From positions 62,001 to 126,000 of the IMG/VR virus record IMGVR_UViG_3300032242_002454: a stretch of DNA of 64,000 nt. The stretch is one strand, 5' to 3'. Position 1 is the stretch's first letter; every line of letters starts with the position of its first letter. Made by a program: the position numbers and the translations under genes. The notes beneath the pieces are model-generated. The model ran no database searches, had not been told where the DNA came from, and worked only from the letters and a program-made list of their open reading frames with translations. Positions 32,417 through 41,813 of this stretch are shown here, one piece after another.

Positions 32417-34453
32417 TTATCTATAAATACCAGTATAAATATCATCATCATTTGCCGAGGATGTAAACCATTCTGGGCCTTTGTACATATTTCCTTGTTG
32501 TCCAACTACATCTCTTGCATTTCCACCAATAACTTCATACTTTACAGCCTGTAAAGTTCTATTCATTTGTCTAGCGATCATATTAGCAATAACTAAAGCA
32601 CTATATCGGTCTTTTCTTAATCGACCTCTTTTACCATTTGGTAACTTAACCTCTGGAGTATCCCATCGGTCTCGTCCTCCAGAACCGGTACTTGTTTGTG
32701 TCATAACAATTGTGGTCAATTCGCTTTTTAGATCTTCAATTTCTAATATGCATTCACTAAGGCTATCATAGATAGGATTGAGATCGGCACCTAGAATATC
32801 TTTTCCTTCTTTATCTAAAGCTAAACCCAGTGTTAAAGAATCAAATCTAGGAAACAACAATACTTTATCTTCTAAATCTTTTCTTAAACCGTGATTAGCT
32901 TGTGCTGTCCAATCTGCTTTAGCAAATTGTACTAATTCTAACATGTGTAAGCCAGCTTGGTTGTCTGTATCTTTTGGCTTATTATAATCAATGACTGGCC
33001 ATATCAGATGCTCGCCATCTTCTAGTTTGCTAGGATCATGTAAAGCTTCTTCAATAGCCACACCACCACCCTGTGCATCCATGCCTATTCTAGCACAAGG
33101 AAAAGTTTTCATAAGATTACGAATTTTTCTTGCACAGAATCCATAGAAATCATATTCTTTTACTAATCCTGTTTTTTGTCTTTCTTTAAAATTACTTCTA
33201 TTAGTAGTCCATACATATACAATTCGTGAATGATCAGGATGAACCTCTAGTACAACAATACTAAAATTATCTTGTTCGGATGCTGGATCGATACCATAAA
33301 CATATTGGAGAGATGTATTACCAGTAACAATAGGATCAAATAAAATAGGTTTATTATTAATCATGATTGGACTAGAATCATTAACAACACAATTTTCAAT
33401 TAGGCTGCGCTTAAAGAATCCATCACTATCTGCTGTAAAACATGCAGCATATTCCATATTATAGATACCAGTATGGATAGTAGCTCTGGCTCTACTCACC
33501 TGTTTATCATCCATGAATCCTTTAGGAATTAATTCATATGGAATACGAATAATTGAATAGTCTTTCCAATTAAAATTACTGGGTACTTCTCCTTTGAAAA
33601 GATCTTCTAGTTTTCTAGTATCTCCTTGGCTTTCGATAATAGCTTTATATCTTTTCCAGTAACTAGCAAAATGCTTAAAAGAATAATCTGCTGTTCCTGA
33701 TATAATAGCTTGATTACCCATCTTAGTATCTAAAGCTTCTAATTCTTCATTCCATAATCCAGCTTCACTCATTGCTGCTTTTTTAGCATGTTCTTTAACA
33801 TTCTGAATAGGACTAGCAGATACGGCAGCAAACCCTGATACTACTGTTTCATAAATATCAGGACTAATAGATGCAAATTCGTCAGCGATAATGATGTGTG
33901 CTCTTAAACCTCTAATCTTACTACCATCACCCATTGGCACAGCAATGGTCCAGCTATCACCTAAACGAATAGTACATCGGTCAACGTCTCTTCTTGGACC
34001 ATCATCATTACCATTAAAAATACTTCTTAGAATAGGACTACCTCTCCAGATAGTTTCCATGTATTCGAAAATAATTTTACTCTGTCTAAATGCAGCACCC
34101 ACAATAACAATCTTAGTTCCTGGATAAAACATACATCGCAATACAGAATACAAAGCTAGAAGGAAGGATTTGCCCCAACCACGAGAAGCTATATACATAG
34201 GGAAAGGTCTATTCCAAAATTCTCTAAGGATAGCAATCTGAATAGGATGAAGCTCTATATTAAATAATAGTTTACAAGTAGATCCTAAGTATTTAGGGTT
34301 TCTTAAAAGTCTAAGAAGATGCAAGTCAGGATTTTCTATGTCCTTCTTGATTCTATGTATCATGGGATTACTTGGAAGAATAAGCTCGGAGACATCTCCA
34401 AGATTTAACCAAGCATCTTCAAATATTTTCTTTTGGTTTTGGTTGTCCTTCAA
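32417..34453 (-). CDS. terL: Terminase large subunit
   Basis: ASRGWGKS Walker A, IIADE Walker B, YGIDPA nuclease start, KDRYSAL C-terminal Asp motif. Confidence 0.9.
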   Translation of the reverse strand: MKDNQNQKKIFEDAWLNLGDVSELILPSNPMIHRIKKDIENPDLHLLRLLRNPKYLGSTCKLLFNIELHPIQIAILREFWNRPFPMYIASRGWGKSFLLALYSVLRCMFYPGTKIVIVGAAFRQSKIIFEYMETIWRGSPILRSIFNGNDDGPRRDVDRCTIRLGDSWTIAVPMGDGSKIRGLRAHIIIADEFASISPDIYETVVSGFAAVSASPIQNVKEHAKKAAMSEAGLWNEELEALDTKMGNQAIISGTADYSFKHFASYWKRYKAIIESQGDTRKLEDLFKGEVPSNFNWKDYSIIRIPYELIPKGFMDDKQVSRARATIHTGIYNMEYAACFTADSDGFFKRSLIENCVVNDSSPIMINNKPILFDPIVTGNTSLQYVYGIDPASEQDNFSIVVLEVHPDHSRIVYVWTTNRSNFKERQKTGLVKEYDFYGFCARKIRNLMKTFPCARIGMDAQGGGVAIEEALHDPSKLEDGEHLIWPVIDYNKPKDTDNQAGLHMLELVQFAKADWTAQANHGLRKDLEDKVLLFPRFDSLTLGLALDKEGKDILGADLNPIYDSLSECILEIEDLKSELTTIVMTQTSTGSGGRDRWDTPEVKLPNGKRGRLRKDRYSALVIANMIARQMNRTLQAVKYEVIGGNARDVVGQQGNMYKGPEWFTSSANDDDIYTGIYR

Positions 34454-34904
34454 TTTCGTAAACCTTTTTCATAATGGATAAAGCCATTCTTTCAGCATTA
34501 GATGGACAGCCGCAGAAAAGGACTTTGATATTAAAAAACACTTGTAGTTCTACTAGATGCTTAATTATAAAGTTAGGAGAGATCTTGATTTTGTCCCACA
34601 TTTTCTTTGGAACATTTGAACCAACTGGGTAAATTAGGATATCTTCTAAATCAAATTCAAGTAATAAAAATGAATATTTATATTGAGTCATGCGACCCAC
34701 AACATCCTTGAATCTTTTTTCTGTGATATTGTTTGCTATTTCGCTAACACTCTTTTTTCTCTCAATACATAATATCTCCTCAAGCCCCCTTACAGAATAA
34801 TCTCCTGTATCAAGTTTTTCTGAAGATACTAAATGATGATCAAAGGTCCAGGGCTGTTGTTCTCTGGTATCTATGATAATTTGAAAATTATTGTAGTCTA
34901 TCAT
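34419..34904 (-). CDS. ERCC4 (XPF/Mus81-type) nuclease domain protein
   Basis: IIIDTREQ, LDTGDYS and CIERKK signature motifs. Confidence 0.85.
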   Translation of the reverse strand: MIDYNNFQIIIDTREQQPWTFDHHLVSSEKLDTGDYSVRGLEEILCIERKKSVSEIANNITEKRFKDVVGRMTQYKYSFLLLEFDLEDILIYPVGSNVPKKMWDKIKISPNFIIKHLVELQVFFNIKVLFCGCPSNAERMALSIMKKVYEIEGQPKPKENI

Positions 34905-35157
34905 TAGCTAAAATCTTTAAAAATGTAGGAGCATAGATATCTTCCATACCTTTAATAAGGTCATGATGATATTTACACAATGTTATACCATTACTAACTT
35001 CAAACCTTAAACCAGGAAATTTGGCCCAAGTCATTATATGATGAGCATTAAGTTTACGTTTTAGAGTACACCCTGGCCATCTACAATGATGTTTATCTCT
35101 TTTATATACGCTTAGTCTCCATTTCTTATATTGAGGATCTTTATAATTTCTAAACAT
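34888..35157 (-). CDS. Small HNH endonuclease (possibly packaging-associated)
   Basis: RD..HCRWPGC...AHHI...NGITLCKYHH; 89 aa near the terminase. Confidence 0.85.
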   Translation of the reverse strand: MFRNYKDPQYKKWRLSVYKRDKHHCRWPGCTLKRKLNAHHIMTWAKFPGLRFEVSNGITLCKYHHDLIKGMEDIYAPTFLKILANDRLQ

Positions 35158-36130
35158 TCTTAATATCGTATTGAAGCATATCCATAACTAATTCATCAAA
35201 AGAAATTTCTGGTACCCAACCTAGTTTATTTTTTGCTTTAGTAGCATCACCTTTCAAAAATTCTACTTCGGCTGGTCTGAATAAATCAGAATCGATCTCT
35301 ACATGATTTTTATAGTCTAGATTTGCTAGTCTAAATGCTGTTTCCACAAATTCTTTTACCGAACGAGTTTTCCCCGTAGCAATTACAAAATCTTCTGGAG
35401 AGTCTTGTTGTAACATCATATACATAGCTTTAACATAATCTTTAGCATGACCCCAGTCTCGTTGGGCATCTAGATTACCAAGTTTGAGAGGTTCTTTAAC
35501 TAATCCCTTAACTAACTTTCCAATATATCTAGTCACTTTTCGAGTTAAAAAATTCTCGCCACGTCTGGGACTCTCATGATTAAAAAGAATTCCCGAACAA
35601 CCGAATAATCCATATGAGGATCGATAAATTTCCACCATATGATAACTAGCTAGCTTGGCAACTCCGTATGGACTTTGAGGAAGCATCAGTGTAGTTTCAT
35701 TTTGATACTTTCCACCGAATTCTCCAATAGTAAAGTTTCGCCCAAACATTTCGCTGGTGCTAGCTTGATAGAATTTAGTAGATGGAGAAAGATTACGAAT
35801 ACTTTCTAAGATATTAACAACTCCCACAGTATTAATTTCAAAGGTTGTAGTTGGTTGCTTAAAGCTGGTTCCCACATGACTTTGAGCACCCAGATTATAA
35901 AACTCTTGTGGTTGGTATTGATCTATGATTCGGTTAATTCCCGAAGGATCTGTAAGATCAAATTCTTCTAATAGAAAATTATCTCTGCCTACCACATGTT
36001 TGATTCTTTCAAAATTATTGGTACTAGATCTTCGATGAAGACCCACAACCTTATAGTTTTTTTCTAATAATAGTTCAACTAAATAAGATCCATCTTGTCC
36101 AGTAATTCCCGTTACTAATGCTGTCTTCAT
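35150..36130 (-). CDS. gmd: GDP-mannose 4,6-dehydratase
   Basis: ALVTGITGQDGSYL, YNLGAQSHV, YQASTSEMFG, PQSPYGVAK, LFNHESPRRG, RDWGHAKDYV. Confidence 0.95.
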   Translation of the reverse strand: MKTALVTGITGQDGSYLVELLLEKNYKVVGLHRRSSTNNFERIKHVVGRDNFLLEEFDLTDPSGINRIIDQYQPQEFYNLGAQSHVGTSFKQPTTTFEINTVGVVNILESIRNLSPSTKFYQASTSEMFGRNFTIGEFGGKYQNETTLMLPQSPYGVAKLASYHMVEIYRSSYGLFGCSGILFNHESPRRGENFLTRKVTRYIGKLVKGLVKEPLKLGNLDAQRDWGHAKDYVKAMYMMLQQDSPEDFVIATGKTRSVKEFVETAFRLANLDYKNHVEIDSDLFRPAEVEFLKGDATKAKNKLGWVPEISFDELVMDMLQYDIKNV

Positions 36131-36966
36131 TATTTATCCTCTTTCTCTATAACACTTTCTGCTGTTAAAAATGGACTATCAATTCCACCGTCGGCATATT
36201 GATGATAACCTTCTAAGGTAAGCATTACCTTGTCAGTTGCCATACTAATAATTTCCATCTCACGACCCTCACGCTCACGAATTTCTTCGTCTTCTAACAT
36301 TCGGATCAATCCCACCCAAGAACTCTTTCCGTCTTCGATTCTTTTAATTCTTTGTTCTCTTGTGGCTTTAAGATCCTTGCTAATCTTTTGTTGTTCATTG
36401 AGAAGCTTAGTATATTCATTTGTGTAGTTGGCAATACTATTACGAGCAAAACTTAACTGGGTTTCCATATTAACAAGCTTGGGGATGTCTCTTTCAATTT
36501 CTGGTTTATCATATTCCTTGTCAACTTGCTTTTGAAGTTTTTCAGTTTCGCTTATGTGACGTTTGCGTTCTTTCATACTTCTATTGATAAGAATATCGAT
36601 AGTGATGAATTGTTTAATCTGAAGTTCTTCGGCAGGAAGAACGTCTTCACGAAACTGTCTAATTAAATTAATCCACAAACTTTCAAAGTATTCTAGTTCC
36701 CCACTATCCTCATCAAACTGTCTTTTGATTTCTATCCAGAAGTTTTTCCCGTGCAGCTTCTGTCTTAAAATCCGATCATCAGTAGCTTCTTCAGGATCTT
36801 GATTCAACTTGGCTTCTTCAATATATCTTTGGACAGGAGCGGTTGACCGATTAAGATTTTCCGCAATAGTTTCAATAGACAATAACGCTATATTGTCGCG
36901 GATATATTTTTCTTCGTCTAATCCTAATTGACCTCTTTTTTTTGGTCCTTTAGTACTCATATCCAT
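36130..36966 (-). CDS. HTH + coiled-coil protein (possible terminase small subunit)
   Basis: N-terminal SIETIAENLNRSTAPVQRY HTH-like segment and a long coiled coil; upstream of the packaging genes. Confidence 0.45.
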   Translation of the reverse strand: MDMSTKGPKKRGQLGLDEEKYIRDNIALLSIETIAENLNRSTAPVQRYIEEAKLNQDPEEATDDRILRQKLHGKNFWIEIKRQFDEDSGELEYFESLWINLIRQFREDVLPAEELQIKQFITIDILINRSMKERKRHISETEKLQKQVDKEYDKPEIERDIPKLVNMETQLSFARNSIANYTNEYTKLLNEQQKISKDLKATREQRIKRIEDGKSSWVGLIRMLEDEEIREREGREMEIISMATDKVMLTLEGYHQYADGGIDSPFLTAESVIEKEDK

Positions 36967-37606
36967 GTTCCTCTAGTATCTGTTGAATAATGGTCTGGAG
37001 TTTTTTAAGGTCATTCTTATAGATCTTTTCTCCATATTTTAGTCTTAAATAGGTTTCTCTATATTGAGCAGGTAAATGTTTGTCTAGTAGGTCTATTATT
37101 TGGTGGTTAAAGACCATTTCGGGAATATTATCTGATTTATGATTGCGGGGGCAACTATCTTGAAGGTCATCTATGCCTACGGGTTTCATAATATTCTTTT
37201 TGGATGAATTGCGGGTTTCCCAGGCCATGAATAGTTCGCAGTCTGTTTTATTTTCAAACTCTAAACAGCCACTCATGCTTTTTTTACAGTGGGCATCGTA
37301 TAAGGGGCAACTTAAACAGGGTTTATCGGGTCTTTGATAATTATCTCTTTTATAATTGAAGAGGCGATTACGAACGTGGGTCCAAAGGAAATTTTCAAGA
37401 GGTCTTTTATTATCATACTTTTGAAGTCCTTCCAAGGCAAATATAGCAGCTTGTTGCTTCATGTCATCGAAACTATGATAGCCGAATTTAAATTTGTGGC
37501 CTAATCTTTTGCTAATATTGTCAAGTACATCTAAAAATTGTTCTTGGGTAACACCATTGGGCAGATTAGTTGAGGGGGCTTTCGGTTTGGTGGTTTTCTT
37601 GGTCAT
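36950..37606 (-). CDS. Phage sigma-70-family factor-like protein
   Basis: Region 2-like FDDMKQQAAIFALEGLQKYD...FLWTHVRNRLFNYKR; region 4-like LLDKHLPAQYRETYLRLKYG. Confidence 0.7.
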   Translation of the reverse strand: MTKKTTKPKAPSTNLPNGVTQEQFLDVLDNISKRLGHKFKFGYHSFDDMKQQAAIFALEGLQKYDNKRPLENFLWTHVRNRLFNYKRDNYQRPDKPCLSCPLYDAHCKKSMSGCLEFENKTDCELFMAWETRNSSKKNIMKPVGIDDLQDSCPRNHKSDNIPEMVFNHQIIDLLDKHLPAQYRETYLRLKYGEKIYKNDLKKLQTIIQQILEEHGYEY

Positions 37607-37727
37607 ATAATAGTTGAGCTATACTCTTTCCTTGAGGAAGTGATAGATCTTGGTCGATATTGAGGTCAGTACCAGAGGCTTTAACGGTCAATATGGAATC
37701 GACAATATTAAATTCAGGATTAGTCAT
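37566..37727 (-). CDS. Hypothetical protein
   Basis: ATG 37727 after an AAGGAG RBS (track start 37754). Confidence 0.5.
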   Translation of the reverse strand: MTNPEFNIVDSILTVKASGTDLNIDQDLSLPQGKSIAQLLYDQENHQTESPLN

Positions 37728-37811
37728 AATTTCTCCTTGCGCTAAACTTGTCAACTACTAGTATAATAGAGTTCTTACACTTTTAGTCAACTTTATTCAA
37801 GAAAGTAAAAA

Positions 37812-38039
37812 ATGGCAACATATAAAAAGTGGTCATCTAGTGAAACAGAGTTTATTCAGAATAATCATACATTGTTGTGTGATGAGGTTTTGGGGGTCAA
37901 ATTGAGTCAAATGACTGGTCAAAATATTACAACATCAATGGTTCGTCGTCAGAGACGCAAGCTGGCATTAAAGAAGCCAAGAGGTCGTCCTAGTAAGAAT
38001 AAGGTAGTATCAAGTCCTGATTCTTCAGTAACAAGTTGA
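37812..38039 (+). CDS. Small DNA-binding protein with HTH-like core and AT-hook
   Basis: KKWSSSE...ITTSMVRRQRRKL followed by KPRGRPSK. Confidence 0.6.
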   Translation: MATYKKWSSSETEFIQNNHTLLCDEVLGVKLSQMTGQNITTSMVRRQRRKLALKKPRGRPSKNKVVSSPDSSVTS

Positions 38040-38049
38040 AAGGATTAAA

Positions 38050-38352
38050 ATGAGAAATTTATTGTGGGCCTTATTAATTGTTGGAGTTTTGGGGACAACT
38101 GGATATTCTCAGGAATACTTTCAGTATGTTTATCCTCAGTATGGATATCAAGTTTTTCAACAGCCTGTTACGGTTTTTCAGCCAGTGGTAGTTCAACCAG
38201 CCCCAGTGGTAGTTTATCGTCCGGTAACGGTGATGCAGAATGTGGTGGCACCAGTTTATTACTATAATCAACCAGTAGTGGTTGAAGAAAGAAGGAGTCC
38301 TTGTTGGAAACATTGGAACTATGGTCCAATGAACCGGTTGTACTCTTATTAG
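38050..38352 (+). CDS. Secreted low-complexity Y/Q/V/P-rich protein
   Basis: Signal peptide-like MRNLLWALLIVGVLGTTGYS, then QPVVV/YYY repeats. Confidence 0.6.
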   Translation: MRNLLWALLIVGVLGTTGYSQEYFQYVYPQYGYQVFQQPVTVFQPVVVQPAPVVVYRPVTVMQNVVAPVYYYNQPVVVEERRSPCWKHWNYGPMNRLYSY

Positions 38353-38377
38353 AAAGTTTCTGGTAAGTTTGATTAAG

Positions 38378-38410
38378 AAAGCCTCTGGTAGAAATGCCGG
38401 GGGCTTTTTT
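38378..38410 (+). terminator. Intrinsic terminator
   Basis: AAAGCCTCTGGTA-GAAA-TGCCGGGGGCTTT followed by a T run. Confidence 0.85.
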
Positions 38411-38541
38411 ATTAAAGGTGGGGAATACTGGCTAATAAACTGGCCAATTATATATGGTGGTGCCTACTATTTTTGGACCACCCGGCCTTTTTCGAGGATT
38501 TCCTCTGGTTCTAAAATGAAACGAAAAAACCCCCTCAGCCA

Positions 38542-38619
38542 TAAGAGTATATAAATAAAGGACTTATGATCATCTCTATCCGCCAAATTTGTCATAAGTA
38601 CTTATGCTATAATGGTTTA
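38542..38619 (+). repeat. Double-palindrome element E1 (degenerate)
   Basis: taagagtat-N7-aaggactta / 28 nt / taagtactt-N7-aatggttta. Confidence 0.75.
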
Positions 38620-38752
38620 CGTCAAAAATAGAAATATATTGTGTTTGGCATGAAATTATATTTCAAAAATTCCAAAGATTTCTCTTGAAAGCGTCGATAA
38701 ATACTGTATAATGAAAGCACAAGAGAACAAGAGACAACAAAAGGACAAGAAA

Positions 38753-38989
38753 ATGATCACCATCAACAACCGCAACGAACTGAACAGCTTCCTTTATGAG
38801 GGTGATGAGGTTGATACCCTTGTGGGTGTCGCGAACATTGGTGGTGAGTTGCTCGCTGAGGCTTTGACCATGCCCAGCATGGACGGAAATAGCTTCTACA
38901 TTACTTGTTTCTTTCCCTACGGTGATGAGGGTGAGGAAATTGTGGTTGACGCTAACGGCGACGTGTTGAGCGATTCGATCTATTATTGA
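38753..38989 (+). CDS. Hypothetical early protein
   Basis: Promoter at 38685 and AAGGA RBS; track start 38711 lies inside the -10 box. Confidence 0.7.
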   Translation: MITINNRNELNSFLYEGDEVDTLVGVANIGGELLAEALTMPSMDGNSFYITCFFPYGDEGEEIVVDANGDVLSDSIYY

Positions 38990-39060
38990 AAAATCTTTTC
39001 TAAGGTATTGACAAAGCCCTAGCCGATAAGCTATAATAGAATCAACACAAGGGAAAAGAA

Positions 39061-39210
39061 ATGACCATTCAAGTACAAAACACCATTCGCCGCCTAGTTG
39101 CTCGCCACGGTTATTCTGCTACGTTTGTTCAGCACATGGGCGAAGGTATAAGCTTGTACAGTATTGGTGGTATCATGTATCGTATTCGTGGTGATGGTAC
39201 GATTCTCTAA
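39061..39210 (+). CDS. Hypothetical 49-aa protein (not in track)
   Basis: MTIQVQNTIRRLVARHGY...; own promoter (39008) and a purine-rich RBS. Confidence 0.7.
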   Translation: MTIQVQNTIRRLVARHGYSATFVQHMGEGISLYSIGGIMYRIRGDGTIL

Positions 39211-39302
39211 GACTTGATATAAACCCTTCTCATATTCTACTATTGACAACACCATAACCGATAAGCTATAATAGAACCAACACAAGAAAGAAAAGGGATA
39301 AG

Positions 39303-39521
39303 ATGCTTTTTGAAACTGGTTACAAAGTCATGATGAACAACCTTGACAAGATTTTTTCTGCTATGCGAGCTGGCAAGTATCACTGTGTGATTGACCCAAA
39401 GGGCAATGCTCATGTGGGCCTGATCAATGGTATCATGCGTGAAGATGGTAGTGGAAAGAATTGGATCGTGACGGTGACTAACCGTACAGTAAGTGAACAA
39501 GTGTTCATTCACGCATCTTGA
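39303..39521 (+). CDS. Hypothetical early protein
   Basis: Own promoter (39243); stop 5 nt before E2. Confidence 0.7.
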   Translation: MLFETGYKVMMNNLDKIFSAMRAGKYHCVIDPKGNAHVGLINGIMREDGSGKNWIVTVTNRTVSEQVFIHAS

Positions 39522-39525
39522 GACG

Positions 39526-39603
39526 TAAAGCCTTGACCGTAAAGGACTTACGGCGAGGCGGGCGGCCCCGGTTTGATGTAAGTGCTTGTGGGGTAACGAC
39601 TTA
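39526..39603 (+). repeat. Double-palindrome element E2
   Basis: taaagcctt-N7-aaggactta / 28 / taagtgctt-N7-aacgactta. Confidence 0.9.
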
Positions 39604-39610
39604 CGTCAAT

Positions 39611-39626
39611 TGGCACAGTATTTGCA
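39611..39626 (+). promoter_or_regulatory. Sigma-54 (-24/-12) consensus site
   Basis: TGGCACAGTATTTGCA (GG-N10-GC). Confidence 0.75.
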
Positions 39627-39731
39627 TTGCGAACCTTACGAAAATGTAAGGAAACTTTTCTCTTGCAAGCTAAAGAATACTCTGTATAATGTCGATATAA
39701 CAAGTAAGAGAGAAGAAAAGAGGATAAGAAA

Positions 39732-39917
39732 ATGGAAAATCTGAATTACGATCTGGTTTCTGATTGCTGTGGTGCTGGTTGTGCTTTCGAGACCGGTGAA
39801 GGTAAGGATAAGATCGGGATTTGCATGGATTGCAAGGAATGGTGTGGTGTGGTCGAGGACATTCCGGAAGATGAGGCCGACTACATTCCGGGCCTTGACG
39901 ATGGGGAGGGTATCTGA
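39732..39917 (+). CDS. Small Cys-rich protein with acidic tail
   Basis: SDCCGAGC...CMDCKEWC zinc-ribbon-like. Confidence 0.7.
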   Translation: MENLNYDLVSDCCGAGCAFETGEGKDKIGICMDCKEWCGVVEDIPEDEADYIPGLDDGEGI

Positions 39918-40001
39918 ACCTTACGACATTGCAAGGTTCAAGAGTTGACAAGCACCTAACCGATACTGTATAATAGACAAACAAGAAAGAGAGACTCCTA
40001 A

Positions 40002-40133
40002 ATGATTACGCCTATCGAATACGTTCAGCTGTTTGCCCTGATTGGTTTTGCTGGTTTCATTTCCTATACCGTTGGACAAGTGGGTAACGCTATCCACTGC
40101 ATCCTGCACGAAAACGACAACTACAACTACTGA
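40002..40133 (+). CDS. 43-aa single-TM peptide (not in track)
   Basis: MITPIEYVQLFALIGFAGFISYTVG...; promoter at 39945. Confidence 0.6.
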   Translation: MITPIEYVQLFALIGFAGFISYTVGQVGNAIHCILHENDNYNY

Positions 40134-40144
40134 AAGGTTCTCAG

Positions 40145-40462
40145 ATGACACACTTTGAAGCTATCAAGATGGTTCACGGCAAGACCAAGAAAAACTCTCG
40201 TAAGGTGGGCAACAACACCTATGCGGAAATTCTTCCTGATGGTAGCGTGGGGATCATGCTGCATAGCACCTATGTGGTGAAGATTCATCCCGACAATAGT
40301 GCTACCCTCAATAGTGGGGGTTGGCATACTCCTACGACTAAGGATAGAATCAATCAGTATTCGCCTGTACGGGTGTACCAACGCAAGGGACAGTGGTACC
40401 TCGAAAGTGGGGATGAGTACGAGGATGGGGTGGTGGTGGCCGATAACAACCTTATTTACTAG
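40145..40462 (+). CDS. Hypothetical early protein
   Basis: 105 aa; AAAGG RBS; stop 4 nt before E3. Confidence 0.75.
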   Translation: MTHFEAIKMVHGKTKKNSRKVGNNTYAEILPDGSVGIMLHSTYVVKIHPDNSATLNSGGWHTPTTKDRINQYSPVRVYQRKGQWYLESGDEYEDGVVVADNNLIY

Positions 40463-40465
40463 ACG

Positions 40466-40543
40466 TAAGTCCTTGTCCCTAAAGCACTTAGGGCAAGGCG
40501 GGCGGGCCGGGATCGACATAAGTGCTTACAAGGTAAGGGGTTA
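40466..40543 (+). repeat. Double-palindrome element E3
   Basis: taagtcctt-N7-aagcactta / 28 / taagtgctt-N7-aaggggtta. Confidence 0.9.
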
Positions 40544-40550
40544 TGGCAAT

Positions 40551-40566
40551 TGGCACGGTATTTGCT
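40551..40566 (+). promoter_or_regulatory. Sigma-54 (-24/-12) consensus site
   Basis: TGGCACGGTATTTGCT. Confidence 0.75.
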
Positions 40567-40681
40567 ATAGAAAGCTTACGAAATTATAAGGAAGATTTTC
40601 TGTTGTAGGCCATTGACAATGGACGATAATATGTGTAGAATAATCCAAGTTCAGCAACAACAACCACTCAGAGAGTATCTC

Positions 40682-40873
40682 ATGCGATCCTACTACGACC
40701 TGACCATCGACACCATCATCGTCACCGCTTGCTGCGGTGCTTACGCCATCACGCAGAATGGCAGGCAACGCAGTCGCCCGTCGCAACTCGTTCCGGGTGA
40801 GACCCTCACCTGTGAGGGGTGTGGTGGAGAACACCCGGTATTCGTTGAAGAAGATGTGGCTTGGGAGAATTGA
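40682..40873 (+). CDS. Small zinc-ribbon-like protein
   Basis: ACCG...CEGCG; follows promoter 40613. Confidence 0.65.
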   Translation: MRSYYDLTIDTIIVTACCGAYAITQNGRQRSRPSQLVPGETLTCEGCGGEHPVFVEEDVAWEN

Positions 40874-40962
40874 TCCGTAAAAGGAGACGTTTGTATACTA
40901 TGCTCTAACTGCTATGTGGCCCGGAGTTCCCGGATAGCTATCCCTAAAACCACGGGTGTTTA

Positions 40963-41040
40963 TAAGCCGTTATCCAGTAAGGACTTAGGATAACTTGGGC
41001 GGGCCGGGCTTGACGTAAGTCCTTTGCTCATAAGACTTTA
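40963..41040 (+). repeat. Double-palindrome element E4
   Basis: taagccgtt-N7-aaggactta / 28 / taagtcctt-N7-aagacttta. Confidence 0.9.
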
Positions 41041-41144
41041 CGACAACCTTACGGTATTGTAAGGAAACTTTCCTCTTGCAGGCTCAAGATGAGTATGGTA
41101 TAATGTCGATATAAGAGATAGAGAAGAAAGAAAGAGAGAAAAAG

Positions 41145-41327
41145 ATGTTTGAAATTGGTGACACAGTATCGTTCATGTGGGGAAAAGAGAAAAAAGTTGG
41201 TAAGATTGTTGGTTGGGAATATGACGAGGGTAATGTGTGGGAAGTGACCGTGACCCAGAGTATGAACGCATATTTTTCGGATGATAAACTGACTCCCGCG
41301 ACCGATACATGCGAGGTGTCAAAATGA
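41145..41327 (+). CDS. Small SH3/KOW-like beta protein
   Basis: FEIGDTVSF...GKIVG...VWEV pattern. Confidence 0.65.
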   Translation: MFEIGDTVSFMWGKEKKVGKIVGWEYDEGNVWEVTVTQSMNAYFSDDKLTPATDTCEVSK

Positions 41328-41521
41328 GCGTTTTCACTTTTCATCGAATTGATACTCACGAATATGTGGGAATGTTTTCTGGTAAGGATTGGATGGAGGC
41401 CAGACGTAAGGCTAGTATAAAAAGTGGAATACCAGTGGATGATATTCTACCTTGGGCTTTCAATACTGAAACCTTTCCCCTACCTGAGAGGGATGAGACT
41501 CCCCACTACCCCTATGACTGA
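41324..41521 (+). CDS. Hypothetical early protein
   Basis: GAGG RBS; coupled to the previous ORF. Confidence 0.6.
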   Translation: MSVFTFHRIDTHEYVGMFSGKDWMEARRKASIKSGIPVDDILPWAFNTETFPLPERDETPHYPYD

Positions 41522-41608
41522 ACCTTACGAAATTGTAAGGTTGACAGCATAAAATCAGTTTGGTATAATGCACACACAAGAGAACGATAGGCCTAAGAAA
41601 GAAAAGAA

Positions 41609-41794
41609 ATGAATCGGTTTTTCAAAGCAATCGGTGAAGATGGTGAGGTGCTGGGTATGGTCATTGCAGACAACGAGAGTCGGGCGGAAGTCCAGTTTCT
41701 GTTTCAGCCGTGGTGCAGTGTTTTCACGAAGTTCACGGTAATCGAATGCAGTCGGCAAGAGTTTTTCGACAAAGAGTTTGCATCCAAAAAGTAG
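41609..41794 (+). CDS. Hypothetical early protein
   Basis: Follows promoter 41541. Confidence 0.65.
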   Translation: MNRFFKAIGEDGEVLGMVIADNESRAEVQFLFQPWCSVFTKFTVIECSRQEFFDKEFASKK

Positions 41795-41813
41795 AGAAAG
41801 AAAGAGAAAGAAA

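Noticed and set aside
28519-36427. Plus-strand ORFs within scaffold, portal, terminase and neighbours
   Set aside because: Antisense shadows of well-supported genes.
40491-40518. G-quadruplex as the function of the GC linker
   Set aside because: E3 has four GGG runs, but E7, E8 and E10 linkers are C-rich on the same strand and E1 is not GC-rich, so this is not general.
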